A DNA stretch of 62,906 nucleotides, counting the filler, from Sanchytrium tribonematis (Eukaryota), in the NCBI GenBank assembly GCA_018985235.1. It is 11 parts of 11 records of this genome, joined end to end, with 100 filler letters (N's around TTAATTAATTAA, not from the genome) between each part and the next. Parts side by side here need not be neighbours in the genome. Positions count along the whole stretch, not along the records: positions 32,856 to 35,361 come from JADGIG010001034.1; positions 35,462 to 37,965 come from JADGIG010001035.1; positions 38,066 to 40,566 come from JADGIG010001036.1; positions 40,667 to 43,166 come from JADGIG010001037.1; positions 43,267 to 62,906 come from JADGIG010000102.1; 6 more parts are not named here. One strand, given 5' to 3'. Each line of letters begins with the position of its first letter. Within the stretch, counting starts at the first letter, position 1. The notes beneath the pieces were generated by a model. The model did no database searches. It worked only from the letters and a program-made list of their open reading frames with translations, and was not told the origin of the DNA. A program made the position numbers and the translations under genes. Shown here piece after piece: positions 33,845 through 44,870 of the stretch.

Positions 33845-33989
33845 TTCTACAAATGGCAACGCGCTTCATAAATCATGGCAAATAGACGCCACGTTATTCC
33901 AGCTGGATGGCTCATTGGTTATCAAATTATCGCCAAATGGCAATGAAAGACGATTCGAATATAGAGTGAATTTTTAAATGAAATTTAAT

Positions 33990-34964
33990 TTATTGCAAAT
34001 CTAATGAAGACAAGTAATGCTCACAATCTAATGCAGCCATGCATCCAGTTCCAGCAGCAGTAATAGCTTGTCTATATTTCTTATCTGCCACATCTCCACT
34101 CGCAAATAAACCTGGCACATTCGTATGGGTGCCATGTACTTTAATATATCCATCTTCATCTAATTCCACTAATGAATTAAGCCATTTCGTGTTTGGAACA
34201 TGTCCAATTGCATAAAATAAGCCATTGACACTCAAATCTCTTGTTTTTTGAGTTTGTGTGTCCATTAATGTCAATTTTTGTAATAATTTACCATTGCCAT
34301 CGCATTTGATGGGTGCTGTGTTCCATAAAACTTCAATTTTCTTATTTTTAAACACTCTTTCTTGCATGACTTTGGAGGCTCTAAATTCATTTCTACGGAC
34401 TAGCATATACACCTTAGATGCATATTTAGTGAGGAACGTAGCTTCTTCACAGGCTGAATCACCTCCACCGACTACTGCTAATTCTACATTTCTAAAAATG
34501 GGGCTGGCACCATCACAAACAGCGCACGCAGAAATGCCTTTTTGCCAATAAACATCTTCACCGGGTAAAAATAACCTTTTGGCAGTTGCACCAGTAGCCA
34601 CAATGACTGAATGTGCTTGAATTTCTTCATTTTCTTCATTTTTAAGAATAAAAATATCATTCTTTTTTGTAATGGACGTGATTGTCTCAGTAATGACTTC
34701 TGTGCCATTATGGATAGATTGCTCTCTAAATTTATCAGTGAGTGCCATTCCGGATATAGTAATATGCCCTGGGAAATTTTCTACTTCCGTAGTTGTTGTT
34801 AGTTGGCCTCCTGCTGCGATGCCACTAGCAAGAAATCCCTCATATAAAACTGGCTTTAGCATGGCTCTAGAGGTGTAAATAGCTGCTGTGTGCGCAGATG
34901 GACCACTTCCGACGATAACTACTTTGTGAATCGTGGACATGGATTTTGCAAATTGTTTGAGCAT
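33990..34964 (-). CDS. TRR1: Thioredoxin reductase (low-molecular-weight fungal type)
   Basis: GSGPSAHTAAIY, GGQLTTTTEVENFPG, SACAVCDG, GGGDSACEEA, GDV.D..YRQAITAAG. Confidence 0.97.
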   Translation of the reverse strand: MLKQFAKSMSTIHKVVIVGSGPSAHTAAIYTSRAMLKPVLYEGFLASGIAAGGQLTTTTEVENFPGHITISGMALTDKFREQSIHNGTEVITETITSITKKNDIFILKNEENEEIQAHSVIVATGATAKRLFLPGEDVYWQKGISACAVCDGASPIFRNVELAVVGGGDSACEEATFLTKYASKVYMLVRRNEFRASKVMQERVFKNKKIEVLWNTAPIKCDGNGKLLQKLTLMDTQTQKTRDLSVNGLFYAIGHVPNTKWLNSLVELDEDGYIKVHGTHTNVPGLFASGDVADKKYRQAITAAGTGCMAALDCEHYLSSLDLQ

Positions 34965-35138
34965 ATCTCCTTTTAAATGATTATTTTTTACAGATTTGGA
35001 ATATGATGCTTTGGGAGATGGGATCGAGGACGACACATGAATATGAGCTATTAAACTAATCACACTATAAAAAACAGCATAATACCAATCAAATTAAAAG
35101 GCATTAAAATTAAAAAGACGGCCACTCTCACATTTGAA

Positions 35139-35361
35139 ATGAAGTTACAGTATATAAAAGATTTGAAGAATCCTCACACATATGATCCAACAAGAAAAGA
35201 TATGTATTTGTTTTACTACATCAACAACGGAATGAAACTATCGAAAGTAGAAGAAGAAAAACTTCAAAAGCATTGGAATTTAAAGACAAAAGGATATACG
35301 TACCGCGTTGTTACTGAGTGCCATGAGAGACTAGAATTTAATAGATCTGCAAATCCAATTG
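35139..35361 (+). CDS. Hypothetical protein (3' truncated)
   Basis: ATG-initiated ORF open to the gap. Confidence 0.35.
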
Positions 35362-35461
35362 NNNNNNNNNNNNNNNNNNNNNNNNNNNNNNNNNNNNNNN
35401 NNNNNTTAATTAATTAANNNNNNNNNNNNNNNNNNNNNNNNNNNNNNNNNNNNNNNNNNNN

Positions 35462-36034
35462 ATGTATTTACAACCCGATGTTCAAGAAAAAATTCTTTCT
35501 GAGTTTTCAAATCAGGGCCACATGCTCTTATCAAATTTTCTCCTGTCTGAAAAATTTGAAACCCTGAAAAAAGAATCAGATTCAATACAATGGGAGCATC
35601 AAGGGCCACTTAATATAAAAAACTATTATCGCGGTGCAAATTTACCGCCAGTCTGTAGAGAGTTTCAGACATTGCTATCTCTAATTCAATTTAAAGACTT
35701 CTTGAATATTTTGACTGGAATGGACAGCCGAATATCGCTAAATGAAAGTTGTAGGCAATTCAAATTTGGAAATTACAAGCTTTTAAGAGACGACCAATTA
35801 GAAGTATGTGGTATAGATCTGGAATATTATCTAACCACTTCATCTGCTTGCACAACTTATTGTACAATGGACTGTGAATTGATATCTATTGAACCACAAA
35901 GCAATTCATTGTCTCTAGTTTACCGGGACGAGGGGGTGATGAGATGTGTAAATTGCAATACTGGACATGGTAGGATTGATTTTGTGGGGACATACAATGA
36001 AATTTCACCTGAAGATTCTGATATGGAAGAATAA
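35462..36034 (+). CDS. OGFOD1: Prolyl hydroxylase Tpa1/OGFOD1, C-terminal domain (5' truncated)
   Basis: W...GP.....Y, FLNILTG, CRQFKFGNY.L, ELISIEP..NSLSLVYRD. Confidence 0.75.
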   Translation: MYLQPDVQEKILSEFSNQGHMLLSNFLLSEKFETLKKESDSIQWEHQGPLNIKNYYRGANLPPVCREFQTLLSLIQFKDFLNILTGMDSRISLNESCRQFKFGNYKLLRDDQLEVCGIDLEYYLTTSSACTTYCTMDCELISIEPQSNSLSLVYRDEGVMRCVNCNTGHGRIDFVGTYNEISPEDSDMEE

Positions 36035-36060
36035 AATTTTAGTTTTAAAAAAAATTTGAA

Positions 36061-36537
36061 ATGAAGAAAATTTTATTCCCAAAAGAGCTCTGGGATGACA
36101 TCATAAAGAAGTCATATCATCCAGAAGAAATTTCGCAACTTAGGATGTACAAGGTTGGAGTAAGATTAAATAGAACTCTTTATTTCCCTTTTAAAGATTT
36201 ATTCGATATGAAGGATATTTACATATTTAGGAATCAAATAGTTATTGTAAAACCACTTGGAAAGGACTTGTGTGATTATTGCAAAATAGTTATGCGTATT
36301 ATTTCTGTGGATGACCCAAAAGAGCATTATCCTTATCTTAAGCTCATAGGAAAGCTGTGCCATTCATGTGCTTGTAACATCCAGAATTGCAACCAGAGTA
36401 AAAAGAAAACTCTTAACAATATAAATTGCAAGGCATGCATGCCAATATTGAAGAGCCTTAATTCATTTCTGGGACCACAGGCATCATACGCTGTTTACTG
36501 CGAAATAGAATCTGAATTGACAAAGATTAGTAATTGA
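36061..36537 (+). CDS. Hypothetical Cys-rich protein
   Basis: 158-aa ORF with several CxxC pairs. Confidence 0.5.
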   Translation: MKKILFPKELWDDIIKKSYHPEEISQLRMYKVGVRLNRTLYFPFKDLFDMKDIYIFRNQIVIVKPLGKDLCDYCKIVMRIISVDDPKEHYPYLKLIGKLCHSCACNIQNCNQSKKKTLNNINCKACMPILKSLNSFLGPQASYAVYCEIESELTKISN

Positions 36538-36585
36538 ATAAATTCAAATTCCGAGACTACAAATTTGTCAAAATACCCCGTGAGG

Positions 36586-37812
36586 ATGCACCCTTTTGCG
36601 CAATGGCTGTCTTCTCAATCCTTGGACTTTAACTCATTATATCAAGATAAATTCTCTTGTCTTGGAATGCTTAAATTATTTCCGCAAGAAGATCAAGTTC
36701 TAATACTTCAATTGTTATTCTTGAATGATCCTATCGCGAAAGATGTTAACAATTCTGCTCTGATTGATCTTTGTATAATAAAAAAGAGCGTAAAAGATGA
36801 GAAAATGGTTTTGCTGAATCCCTTATACCAGCAAAATTTAAGAAAGATTTTGGTGCAACCGACTCTTTTAGATGCAATTAATTCTAATACTGAAGTATAT
36901 GATCATGCAAATGATAGACTCAATGAAATACTGCAGTCTTTGGTAAAAAGCAATACGTCAAAAATGAAAAACAGCATACGAATTCTAATGAAAAATGCTG
37001 AATTGATTTCTAAAGACTCTATTACAAACAAAGGATTCCAATTTTTATTGCAAACTACATCGCTCCAATACTGGTCATTGATTCAAGTTTATTTGAAGTT
37101 AGCAACGACTGAAATGCACCTAGTGTTATTAGACGTTGTCAAATTTATTTTTCTCTTAACTCTATTAGAGCCAGGTAAAGGTTTCAACTCGAGTGCTCTG
37201 ACCAAGACTCAAACCGCAATACTGGATGACTTCCACACATTAGGATTGTGTTATTACGATAAAGAAGCGCATCTATTTTACCCTACACAATTTACCACTT
37301 GTCTTTTAAAAGAAATCTCGCACACCAACACAGACTCTAAATTCATTATAATAGAGACTAACTTTAAGATATATGCATATACGGAAAGTGAGCTACAAAA
37401 GTCTATTCTAAAATTATTTATACATATGAAAACAGAGTTTAAAAACATGGTTGCTGGTCAACTTTCTAGAGATAGCGTACGAACTGCTCTCAATTGCGGT
37501 ATTAGTGCGAACCAAATTGTCGATTATCTATCGACTCACTGCCATCAACTAATGAATTCTGACCTTCCGATGAATATAAAAGACCAATTGTATCTGTGGG
37601 AACAAGAAAGAGACAGGCTTATTTCTTATAACGGGTTTCTTTACTCGGACTTTCCCAGTTCACAGCTGTACAAAAGCACGTTAGAATACGCTACAAGAAT
37701 GAATGTTTTGATCTGGAGCAATATAAATGACAGATTAATGTTTATACAAGATACAGGACACGATTTAATGAAACAATTCATAACAAATGAACAGTCCAGG
37801 CTGACAAATTAA
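36586..37812 (+). CDS. TFB2: TFIIH subunit Tfb2/p52
   Basis: ITNKGFQFLL, FIIIETNFKIYAYT, RDSVR.AL..GISANQI, DQLYLWEQERDRL, GFLYSDF. Confidence 0.95.
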   Translation: MHPFAQWLSSQSLDFNSLYQDKFSCLGMLKLFPQEDQVLILQLLFLNDPIAKDVNNSALIDLCIIKKSVKDEKMVLLNPLYQQNLRKILVQPTLLDAINSNTEVYDHANDRLNEILQSLVKSNTSKMKNSIRILMKNAELISKDSITNKGFQFLLQTTSLQYWSLIQVYLKLATTEMHLVLLDVVKFIFLLTLLEPGKGFNSSALTKTQTAILDDFHTLGLCYYDKEAHLFYPTQFTTCLLKEISHTNTDSKFIIIETNFKIYAYTESELQKSILKLFIHMKTEFKNMVAGQLSRDSVRTALNCGISANQIVDYLSTHCHQLMNSDLPMNIKDQLYLWEQERDRLISYNGFLYSDFPSSQLYKSTLEYATRMNVLIWSNINDRLMFIQDTGHDLMKQFITNEQSRLTN

Positions 37813-37889
37813 TAAATCAATTATTCAAATATGGTCTAATGTTTTGACTAATTAATAAATCAATTATTCAAATATGGTATAATGTTTTG
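37807..37889 (+). repeat. Tandem duplication, 43-bp period (40-bp units, 1 mismatch)
   Basis: aattaataaatcaattattcaaatatggt(c/a)taatgttttg at 37807-37846 and 37850-37889. Confidence 0.9.
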
Positions 37890-37965
37890 CGAAATAAGAA
37901 TCCTTATTTCGTCATGAACTAGTTCCAACGAAGAATCATCATTAGAGTCGAGGGCTAATTTTCTG
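37860..37965 (-). CDS. 3' end of an unidentified gene (5' truncated)
   Basis: Open frame RKLALDS...IIPYLNN-TGA from the contig end. Confidence 0.4.
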
Positions 37966-38065
37966 NNNNNNNNNNNNNNNNNNNNNNNNNNNNNNNNNNN
38001 NNNNNNNNNTTAATTAATTAANNNNNNNNNNNNNNNNNNNNNNNNNNNNNNNNNNNNNNNNNNNN

Positions 38066-38239
38066 ATATTTACAGATTGTCTCTAGCAATTCGTACTTTT
38101 TTGCATAATTTTGCTGCCATGTCATCCTATCTGAAAGTGACAAAGTCGAGATTGCTCGATTAAATTGCTGACTGTTCAACTTGAGTTTCTGTTGATTCGA
38201 AAATAATGATAAATTAAGTTCCTTGTAATATTGCGACAT
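38066..38239 (-). CDS. Hypothetical protein (3' truncated)
   Basis: ATG ORF open to the gap. Confidence 0.35.
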
Positions 38240-38388
38240 ACGATTTTCAATAAAATTGTTTTAAAAATTTCTTCTTAAATCTCGAACCTAATTTGCAGAC
38301 AAACAAAGTAGAGCAAGTGACACAAATTTGGAATGAATTTATTTAAAAAGTTAAAAAACTGTATGATTGAAATTCTATAATGCTGTTA

Positions 38389-38943
38389 CTAGTCATCCTT
38401 TTCTTTGTTAAAAAATTGAAAAACAACACGAATGATGCTGATTAGATATACTATTGAAATCCAAATGGGATCCTTGTACCATAATAATTTTCGACCACTG
38501 GCATGTTTTCTGCATTTCCGAGCCAAATTCTGAAAAGATCTCAAATCTTTCATGAAATAAAATCTAATAAAGAAGTAAATATAAACATCAAGGTTTAAAC
38601 TGCTGTACTCTATAATATCAAGTAATGCGCCTTGATGTCTATACAAGAATTCAATATACATTTCCTCGTCGACAATATTTAATTCATGTGGCAAATTCAG
38701 TAGTTCGTTTCCATACAGTTTTAATAATGAATAAATGATGAGACCATTGGCAATTGTCCCACCGAATCTACCACTTGAAAGAGTTTGAAACGACTGAAAT
38801 TCTTTGTTGCCTTTTTGTAATATAAAATTGTAAAAATCTTCATCAGCCTCCTCTTTTTCTGCAAAATTAGTGACGTCGTAATCAAAAGATTCATCGTAGG
38901 TATGATCTATTGATATTTTACCATTAGGGATCAGCAAAATCAT
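38389..38943 (-). CDS. Hypothetical protein with C-terminal TM helix
   Basis: 184-aa ORF; hydrophobic tail IWISIVYLISII. Confidence 0.5.
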   Translation of the reverse strand: MILLIPNGKISIDHTYDESFDYDVTNFAEKEEADEDFYNFILQKGNKEFQSFQTLSSGRFGGTIANGLIIYSLLKLYGNELLNLPHELNIVDEEMYIEFLYRHQGALLDIIEYSSLNLDVYIYFFIRFYFMKDLRSFQNLARKCRKHASGRKLLWYKDPIWISIVYLISIIRVVFQFFNKEKDD

Positions 38944-39177
38944 ACGAAGTTTGTTTTGAAAAATATTCTGATGAATAAAAGCTCTAATAAATTTATTTGG
39001 TATCTAGAAATTTTGGGAAATCGTCCTTGATCAGTTTAAGAAAAAGCGTAGCCAAGATCAGCGTCGTCTCCATGTGATCTTTTAAGTGATCTGTTACATG
39101 ACTCAATTTGCCAAATGTGTCAAAGAGGAGATATTAGGAGAAGCTTAAAAGCGGATTGTTCCCTTTAAATTTCAAAC

Positions 39178-40566
39178 ATGACCTTTCACTCAGACTCAGA
39201 AGATGATCAGCCTAAGCTGTTGCGTGTTGATTCAAGAATGAACAGAAGAGCATCAATGAAATCAAACCTAAGCCATATGACAAAAGAAGAATTTATTTGG
39301 GAGGACAAGGATGAAGAACTACAGCATTCTAGACTAACCAAATGGATTCCGGTCATATCTGTAGTTATTTTGCCGATTTTTCTGGTTCCATATTTTGTTG
39401 GAATTGGAATGGGAGATTTAAGTACGTTTGATAATTCCAAAAATCCTAAAATTGAATCTTCTGATAGTTCAGTAGGCGATCTCAATTCAAATGGTATAGT
39501 TGTATCTCAGGAACTGATGAGATGGGGAATTTGGCTTACTAGTATTTATAGCATTTTTGTTGTAAGTTGGGTTTCTCTCCATTTTTTACCATTTATTTTT
39601 TATAAATTATATATCCTGGTCACTAAGCGTAAATCTGAACGATTCAAAGACTTATTCGAATATTTAAGAGCTTTAAGGAGATACATTATTTGGCTTTGTA
39701 TCGCAATTTGTAGCAACATCGTTTACGAGGTTCTTTGGAACACCCTAAATAGAGGGGGGGATGACAGGGCTGCACCAAATTATATCGTAATTATTTCTTA
39801 CCTTTTAAGAATATTTGTATTCTATAGTATTTTCAGACTTGGTGAAAAATTGTTAATGATGGTTTTGTTTATACATTTAAAGCATAAGACTTTCAAGGAT
39901 AGGATAGAGGCATCCAAAGTTGCACTTAAAACAATAGAACATTTGGAAGTTCAACTTGATAGATCACACGATTGGAAAGAAAACAAGAATCGTTTGTTGA
40001 ATGAAGGAAGCAAACTATTTTCGTGGATCAAAAGTGGACAAGTTAACGAAATGGATATAACCTCAGACATAAATGCCAAGAGATTAGCCAAAAAATTGTT
40101 CACAAGTTTATCTAAAGACAAACAGATCATCAGGCCTGATGATTTTTATCCTTATTTTTCAGATGTCGAAACTTCCATGGATGCATTTTATTTGTTCGAC
40201 AGGGACAGAAATGGAGATATTAGTAAGAGTGAAATGAAGACAGCCATCACTTCAATTTATCAAGAAAGAAGATTTATTTTGAGTTCTTTTAAAGACATTA
40301 ATGATGTTGTCAAAAAATTGGATCGAATTCTCTTTACTATAGTTTGCATTATTACAATTGTTTACGGCTTCACTGTATTTGGCAACAATGTCCTCGCAGC
40401 TGCAGTCCCTTTACTAAGTGGATCATTGGCTTTAAGCTTCATGTTTGCGGAAACCGCAAAAGAGTTTTTTAATTCTTTATTATTTTTATTTGGAACTCAT
40501 CCTTTTGATTCTGGTACTAATTATTAATTCAGGCGACATTATTATGATCAAAGACGTTTATTATCG
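39178..40566 (+). CDS. MscS-like mechanosensitive channel with EF-hand (Msy1/2-like); intron 40514-40532; 3' truncated
   Basis: Multiple TMs, AKRLAKKLF, EF-hand FDRDRNGDISKSE, SFMF, HPFDSG|D restored by splicing. Confidence 0.9.
40514..40532 (+). other. 19-nt spliceosomal intron GTACTAATTATTAATTCAG
   Basis: Removal restores the MscS motif HPFDxGD and removes a stop. Confidence 0.9.
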
Positions 40567-40666
40567 NNNNNNNNNNNNNNNNNNNNNNNNNNNNNNNNNN
40601 NNNNNNNNNNTTAATTAATTAANNNNNNNNNNNNNNNNNNNNNNNNNNNNNNNNNNNNNNNNNNNN

Positions 40667-40963
40667 ATTACAAGACAACTCTATGGTTGAAATCCCAAAT
40701 TTGACCTTATTTTCACTTAAATACGGACTTTTTCTGCAAAAGTTTGACTTGAATATCAGATTGTTTGAAGCAGATGCGATTCGAATAACATTACAGGGCA
40801 ATATTATCGAGTTGGTTTTTTTCTTAATTTGAATTTGTTGACCGTCCCATTTTATGCGATATTCTTGAAGGGTTGTTGTGCCTTTAATTAGTTGTAATTC
40901 CGTTTCACCAGAGGTACATTTCAATGGACCAAATAGATATGCAAAGAGGGTTGTAAAAATCAT
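40667..40963 (-). CDS. Hypothetical secreted protein (3' truncated)
   Basis: MIFTTLFAYLFG signal-like start. Confidence 0.4.
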
Positions 40964-41114
40964 TGGAAATTTGAAGGAGAACAAAGAAGGAGACGGAGAC
41001 CCGTTATAGTAATGCACGGAAAATCAATCACAAATAAATAAGATTCTGATGTTTTAATACTATTTCATGTATCTTTAAGTGTCATTCCCTATTATCTCAA
41101 ATATTTTTTCAAAC

Positions 41115-41927
41115 ATGTTACGCATCGCTCTTCTACAACTCAAAGTACAATCCAATAAATCATCCAATATCCAAAATGCCATCACCCATATCCATCAAGC
41201 AGTAGAAAATAAAGCACAAATAGTCATATTACCAGAATGTTTCAATTGTCCATACCATATTGATTATTTCCAAGAATATGCTGAATCCATGAATGGGAAT
41301 ACATTTAATCAGTTAAAATCCATCTCTAAACAACATCAAATACTATTAATTGGTGGTAGTATCCCAGAATTAGAAAATGGCAAATTATTCAACACTTGTT
41401 TTGTATTTGAAAATGGACATTATTTGGGAAAACACCAAAAAGTGCATTTATTTGATATAAATATCCCTAATAAAATATCATTTCAAGAATCTAAAGTATT
41501 ACATCCAGGACAACAAATCACCACCCTTGAAACTTCATTTGGTAAAATTGGTATTGGCATTTGTTATGACGTGAGATTCCCTGAACTAACCATCAAGAGT
41601 GCACGACAAGGTGCTTTTCTACAGTGTTTCCCGGGTGCATTTAATTCAGTTACAGGTCCATTACACTGGGATTTATTAATGCGCAGTAGAGCCTTAGACT
41701 CTCAAATATTCGTAGCTGCTTGTGCACCCGCATTGGATTTAAAGGCATCTTATCATTCTCATGGTCATTCTATGGTGGTAGATCCCATGGGACGCATTTT
41801 AAATCAAGCTGATGTGGATGAATGTATTATTTATGCGGATTTGAATAGACAAGATATGGAGGATGCTAGAGAGAATATTCCCATTAATAAGCAACGTCGA
41901 TTTGATTTGTATCCTGAAATCAAATAA
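41115..41927 (+). CDS. NIT2: Omega-amidase (nitrilase family, NIT2/yeast Nit3)
   Basis: LPECFNCPY, GGSIPE, KVHLFDI, GICYDVRFPE, TGPLHW, SRALDSQ. Confidence 0.93.
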   Translation: MLRIALLQLKVQSNKSSNIQNAITHIHQAVENKAQIVILPECFNCPYHIDYFQEYAESMNGNTFNQLKSISKQHQILLIGGSIPELENGKLFNTCFVFENGHYLGKHQKVHLFDINIPNKISFQESKVLHPGQQITTLETSFGKIGIGICYDVRFPELTIKSARQGAFLQCFPGAFNSVTGPLHWDLLMRSRALDSQIFVAACAPALDLKASYHSHGHSMVVDPMGRILNQADVDECIIYADLNRQDMEDARENIPINKQRRFDLYPEIK

Positions 41928-41937
41928 ATACAATTTA

Positions 41938-43166
41938 TTAAAACAAACTCTTTTTTATACTTGATTTTGTGTTGGTTGTATTTGTAGTTGTAACAGTATT
42001 TAGTGTCCCAAAAGAGTGTTTTCTACCAAATCTTGATTTCACTTGTGGTGATTTCAAATATCTACTGGCTATAATCAATATTAAGAATATAAATAGCATC
42101 GTGCCCACTAAAATGTAAATTAAAGAAGGATCTACTTGAAATGTGTTTGTATCTGTAATATTGGGTAATAGGGACTCGGTAGATGTGATAATGGTTGATA
42201 GGGTGGATTCACTTGTTGTAGAATATATAAATGTGGTATTTGATGATGAATTTGATGTATCTGTGCGAGATTTTAAATGGCGAATTGGGCGTGTGATTTC
42301 TGAAAGAGTAGTTTCTATTGAGGAATCTGTAGTAGAGTCACTTGTGGCTGAATGGGTGCTATCTACAGTGGCAAAAGTATTGGAGGATGTGCCAGTGACT
42401 GTGCTGATTTTAGTCGTCAATAAATTTGTGGTTAATTTCTTGATTGAAGTCGTAAATTTAGTAGTGGACGCACTAGTAGATGTACTAATGCCATAAATGA
42501 ATTGTGGGGTCATTTTACACTTGGTATATTTACTTATAGTGCTAATATTTAATTCATTAAATGATAAATCACAAGCAGTCAATAAATTAAAATTAGTAAA
42601 TTTGACAGAATCAAAGTAATTATGCTGTATTTCAATAGCAGTAGGTGCATTTAGTGATATAGTACCATTTAATTGATTATCATTCACTTTCAAATATGTT
42701 AATTGAGATATATTGCCAGTTAATGATCCATTTAAATTACAGGTATCTAGTCGCAAATACTTCATGGATAGTGGTATATTAGGGATACTACCACTTAATG
42801 AGTGATAATCTGCATGGTATTCAATGATTTGATCATTAAATGGAGGGATTTGACCTGTAAATAAATTGGTTCCTAAATTGCAGTAATACATGGAATCTGG
42901 TAAAGTGGGTAATTTACCAGTAAATTTGTTTAAAGGCGCTTCAATATAGCTTAAAGGTGATTTTAATTGGAGGCTGCCACTAATGTCATTATTGTAAATA
43001 TTGAAATAAACCAATGTTTTGGGTAAAACGGGGAGAGGACCTGTCATTCTATTTCCCAGAATCGATAGACGCATCAGATTGAGTGGTAATTTGGGTATTG
43101 ATCCAGTGAATCCATTATTAGTACCTTGGAAATATTTTACGCCATTTGGTAATGTGGGCATTCTTC
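41938..43166 (-). CDS. LRR receptor-like protein with Ser/Thr stalk and TM helix (5' truncated)
   Basis: N.FTG.IP.LP repeats, T/S-rich stalk, TM LIYILVGTMLFIFLILIIA, basic tail. Confidence 0.85.
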
Positions 43167-44236
43167 NNNNNNNNNNNNNNNNNNNNNNNNNNNNNNNNNN
43201 NNNNNNNNNNTTAATTAATTAANNNNNNNNNNNNNNNNNNNNNNNNNNNNNNNNNNNNNNNNNNNNGATGGATATGTGACATCCGTTTTAAATAGGTATA
43301 TAAAATTGTTTTTTTTCATATTTTCTACATGCTCGGATTCGATATATGGAGGTAAATCTATTGAGTTATCCGCCTGTAGAAATAAATGAAATAATGGATA
43401 AATACGGATAAAATCATAAATGGTGAGATTGGATGGATCAGTTATCATTGATGAGTTCAGGGCTTCAGAATTGTTTCAAGAATAAATTGAAACAACCTCA
43501 AACTGAACCCCTGCAAATTCCTAAATCATTTGATATCCTTGCCATGCTTCTCATTGACATTATAAAATGAAGGATCCACGAAATTGTTTCTGATAGGGGT
43601 TTGTTAGTACTCTTATCAAAGAGATAAATACCACTTTTCTCCTGCCTTAAGACATATTGTAATCGGAATTCTGTCTAGCTGGCTGTTTGTTGCCGTATAC
43701 TGTCGACACTAAAAGCAACTAGATTTATTCCATGTCGTATATAACATTTTTCAGAACCTCGCACAATTGTGCCCAGCAATTTGCTTGACGGCTAACTAAA
43801 AGTTCATCTAATTTGATTCTACCACTATTTTTATGATTTCCAGGTAAACTAACACCACACAATCTTTGCATATTACACAAGAGAGATCTGATATCTGCAA
43901 TGTTTCCAAAATGGCTAATCTTAGACCATAATTTTCCATTTTGTTTCGTACTCTTAAAATGCCCTTTAAGAAACAATAATTCACCTTGGTTATCATTTTT
44001 AAATAGTATTAAAATGAACAATAAGATTCCCGACTGATTACTAATAACAAAATCTTTTTATTATATTATGAAAGGCGGGGGATATGTTGAGAAACAAGAA
44101 GCTGAAAAAATCAACTGTCCATAAATAACGAAATCGATAATTTGATGTCCATATATCTTCATTGTAGACAAGAGTTTAGGATGTATGAACCGAATTGTGA
44201 TATTGTATTATTCGACAAGAATTTGAAGCGGATAAA

Positions 44237-44870
44237 TTGCATAATTTGTTTGAAATCTATGGAAAGAAGCCTCAAAGCAAGATCAACGAGAACCCCATGA
44301 AAAGGTTTTTTCCTGTTAGAGATCACACTACTAACCCTGGAGACCCAGTAAGGCTCAAAAAGGTTTTGGCCAAAGTGGTGGGACTGGGAACTGAGTATGT
44401 GGTAATAGTCACGGCGGTTGGGGACATGGCGGGCGACCCACCTCTACCTTCCCGTTACACCTGCACTATTGGGATTAAAGTACAGAAGGATCTGCAAACT
44501 TGGTTCGCGCTTCTCGTATTGGAATAAGTTAGTCTATTTAGATTGAAAACTATTGGAAACTTGAACCAGCTATATGCGTTGACAGGGAGAAAAGAAAATC
44601 GTTCTAAGGGAGAGCGTCGTCAAGCCAGAGTATCGACCGATGTGGAGCATTTCAAGTTATCAGACGAAATCAGCAATCGACAGAAGGAGATCGAAGAGTA
44701 AGTTAAATCAATTGGTGGCTCAATACGCGTAGCTGTTCGTTTTATTGAAAGGGACCGCTTTGAACCAAGACTGTCGGATCATTATAACATCCTCTTGGGA
44801 GAACGATCGGGTTATGGGGACGTCGTTGCAAAAAATTTAGTATGGGAGGTTCTGCCCGTGCCAGTGTGAG
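44237..44870 (+). pseudogene. Decayed GC-richer reading frame with in-frame stops
   Basis: One frame continues about 200 codons interrupted by isolated TAA stops; product unknown. Confidence 0.35.

Noticed and set aside
19641..43266. Regularly spaced TTAATTAATTAA palindromes resembling a repeat array
   Set aside because: Artificial linkers inside N runs. Gene neighbourhoods across them are meaningless, and ORFs containing X are artefacts.
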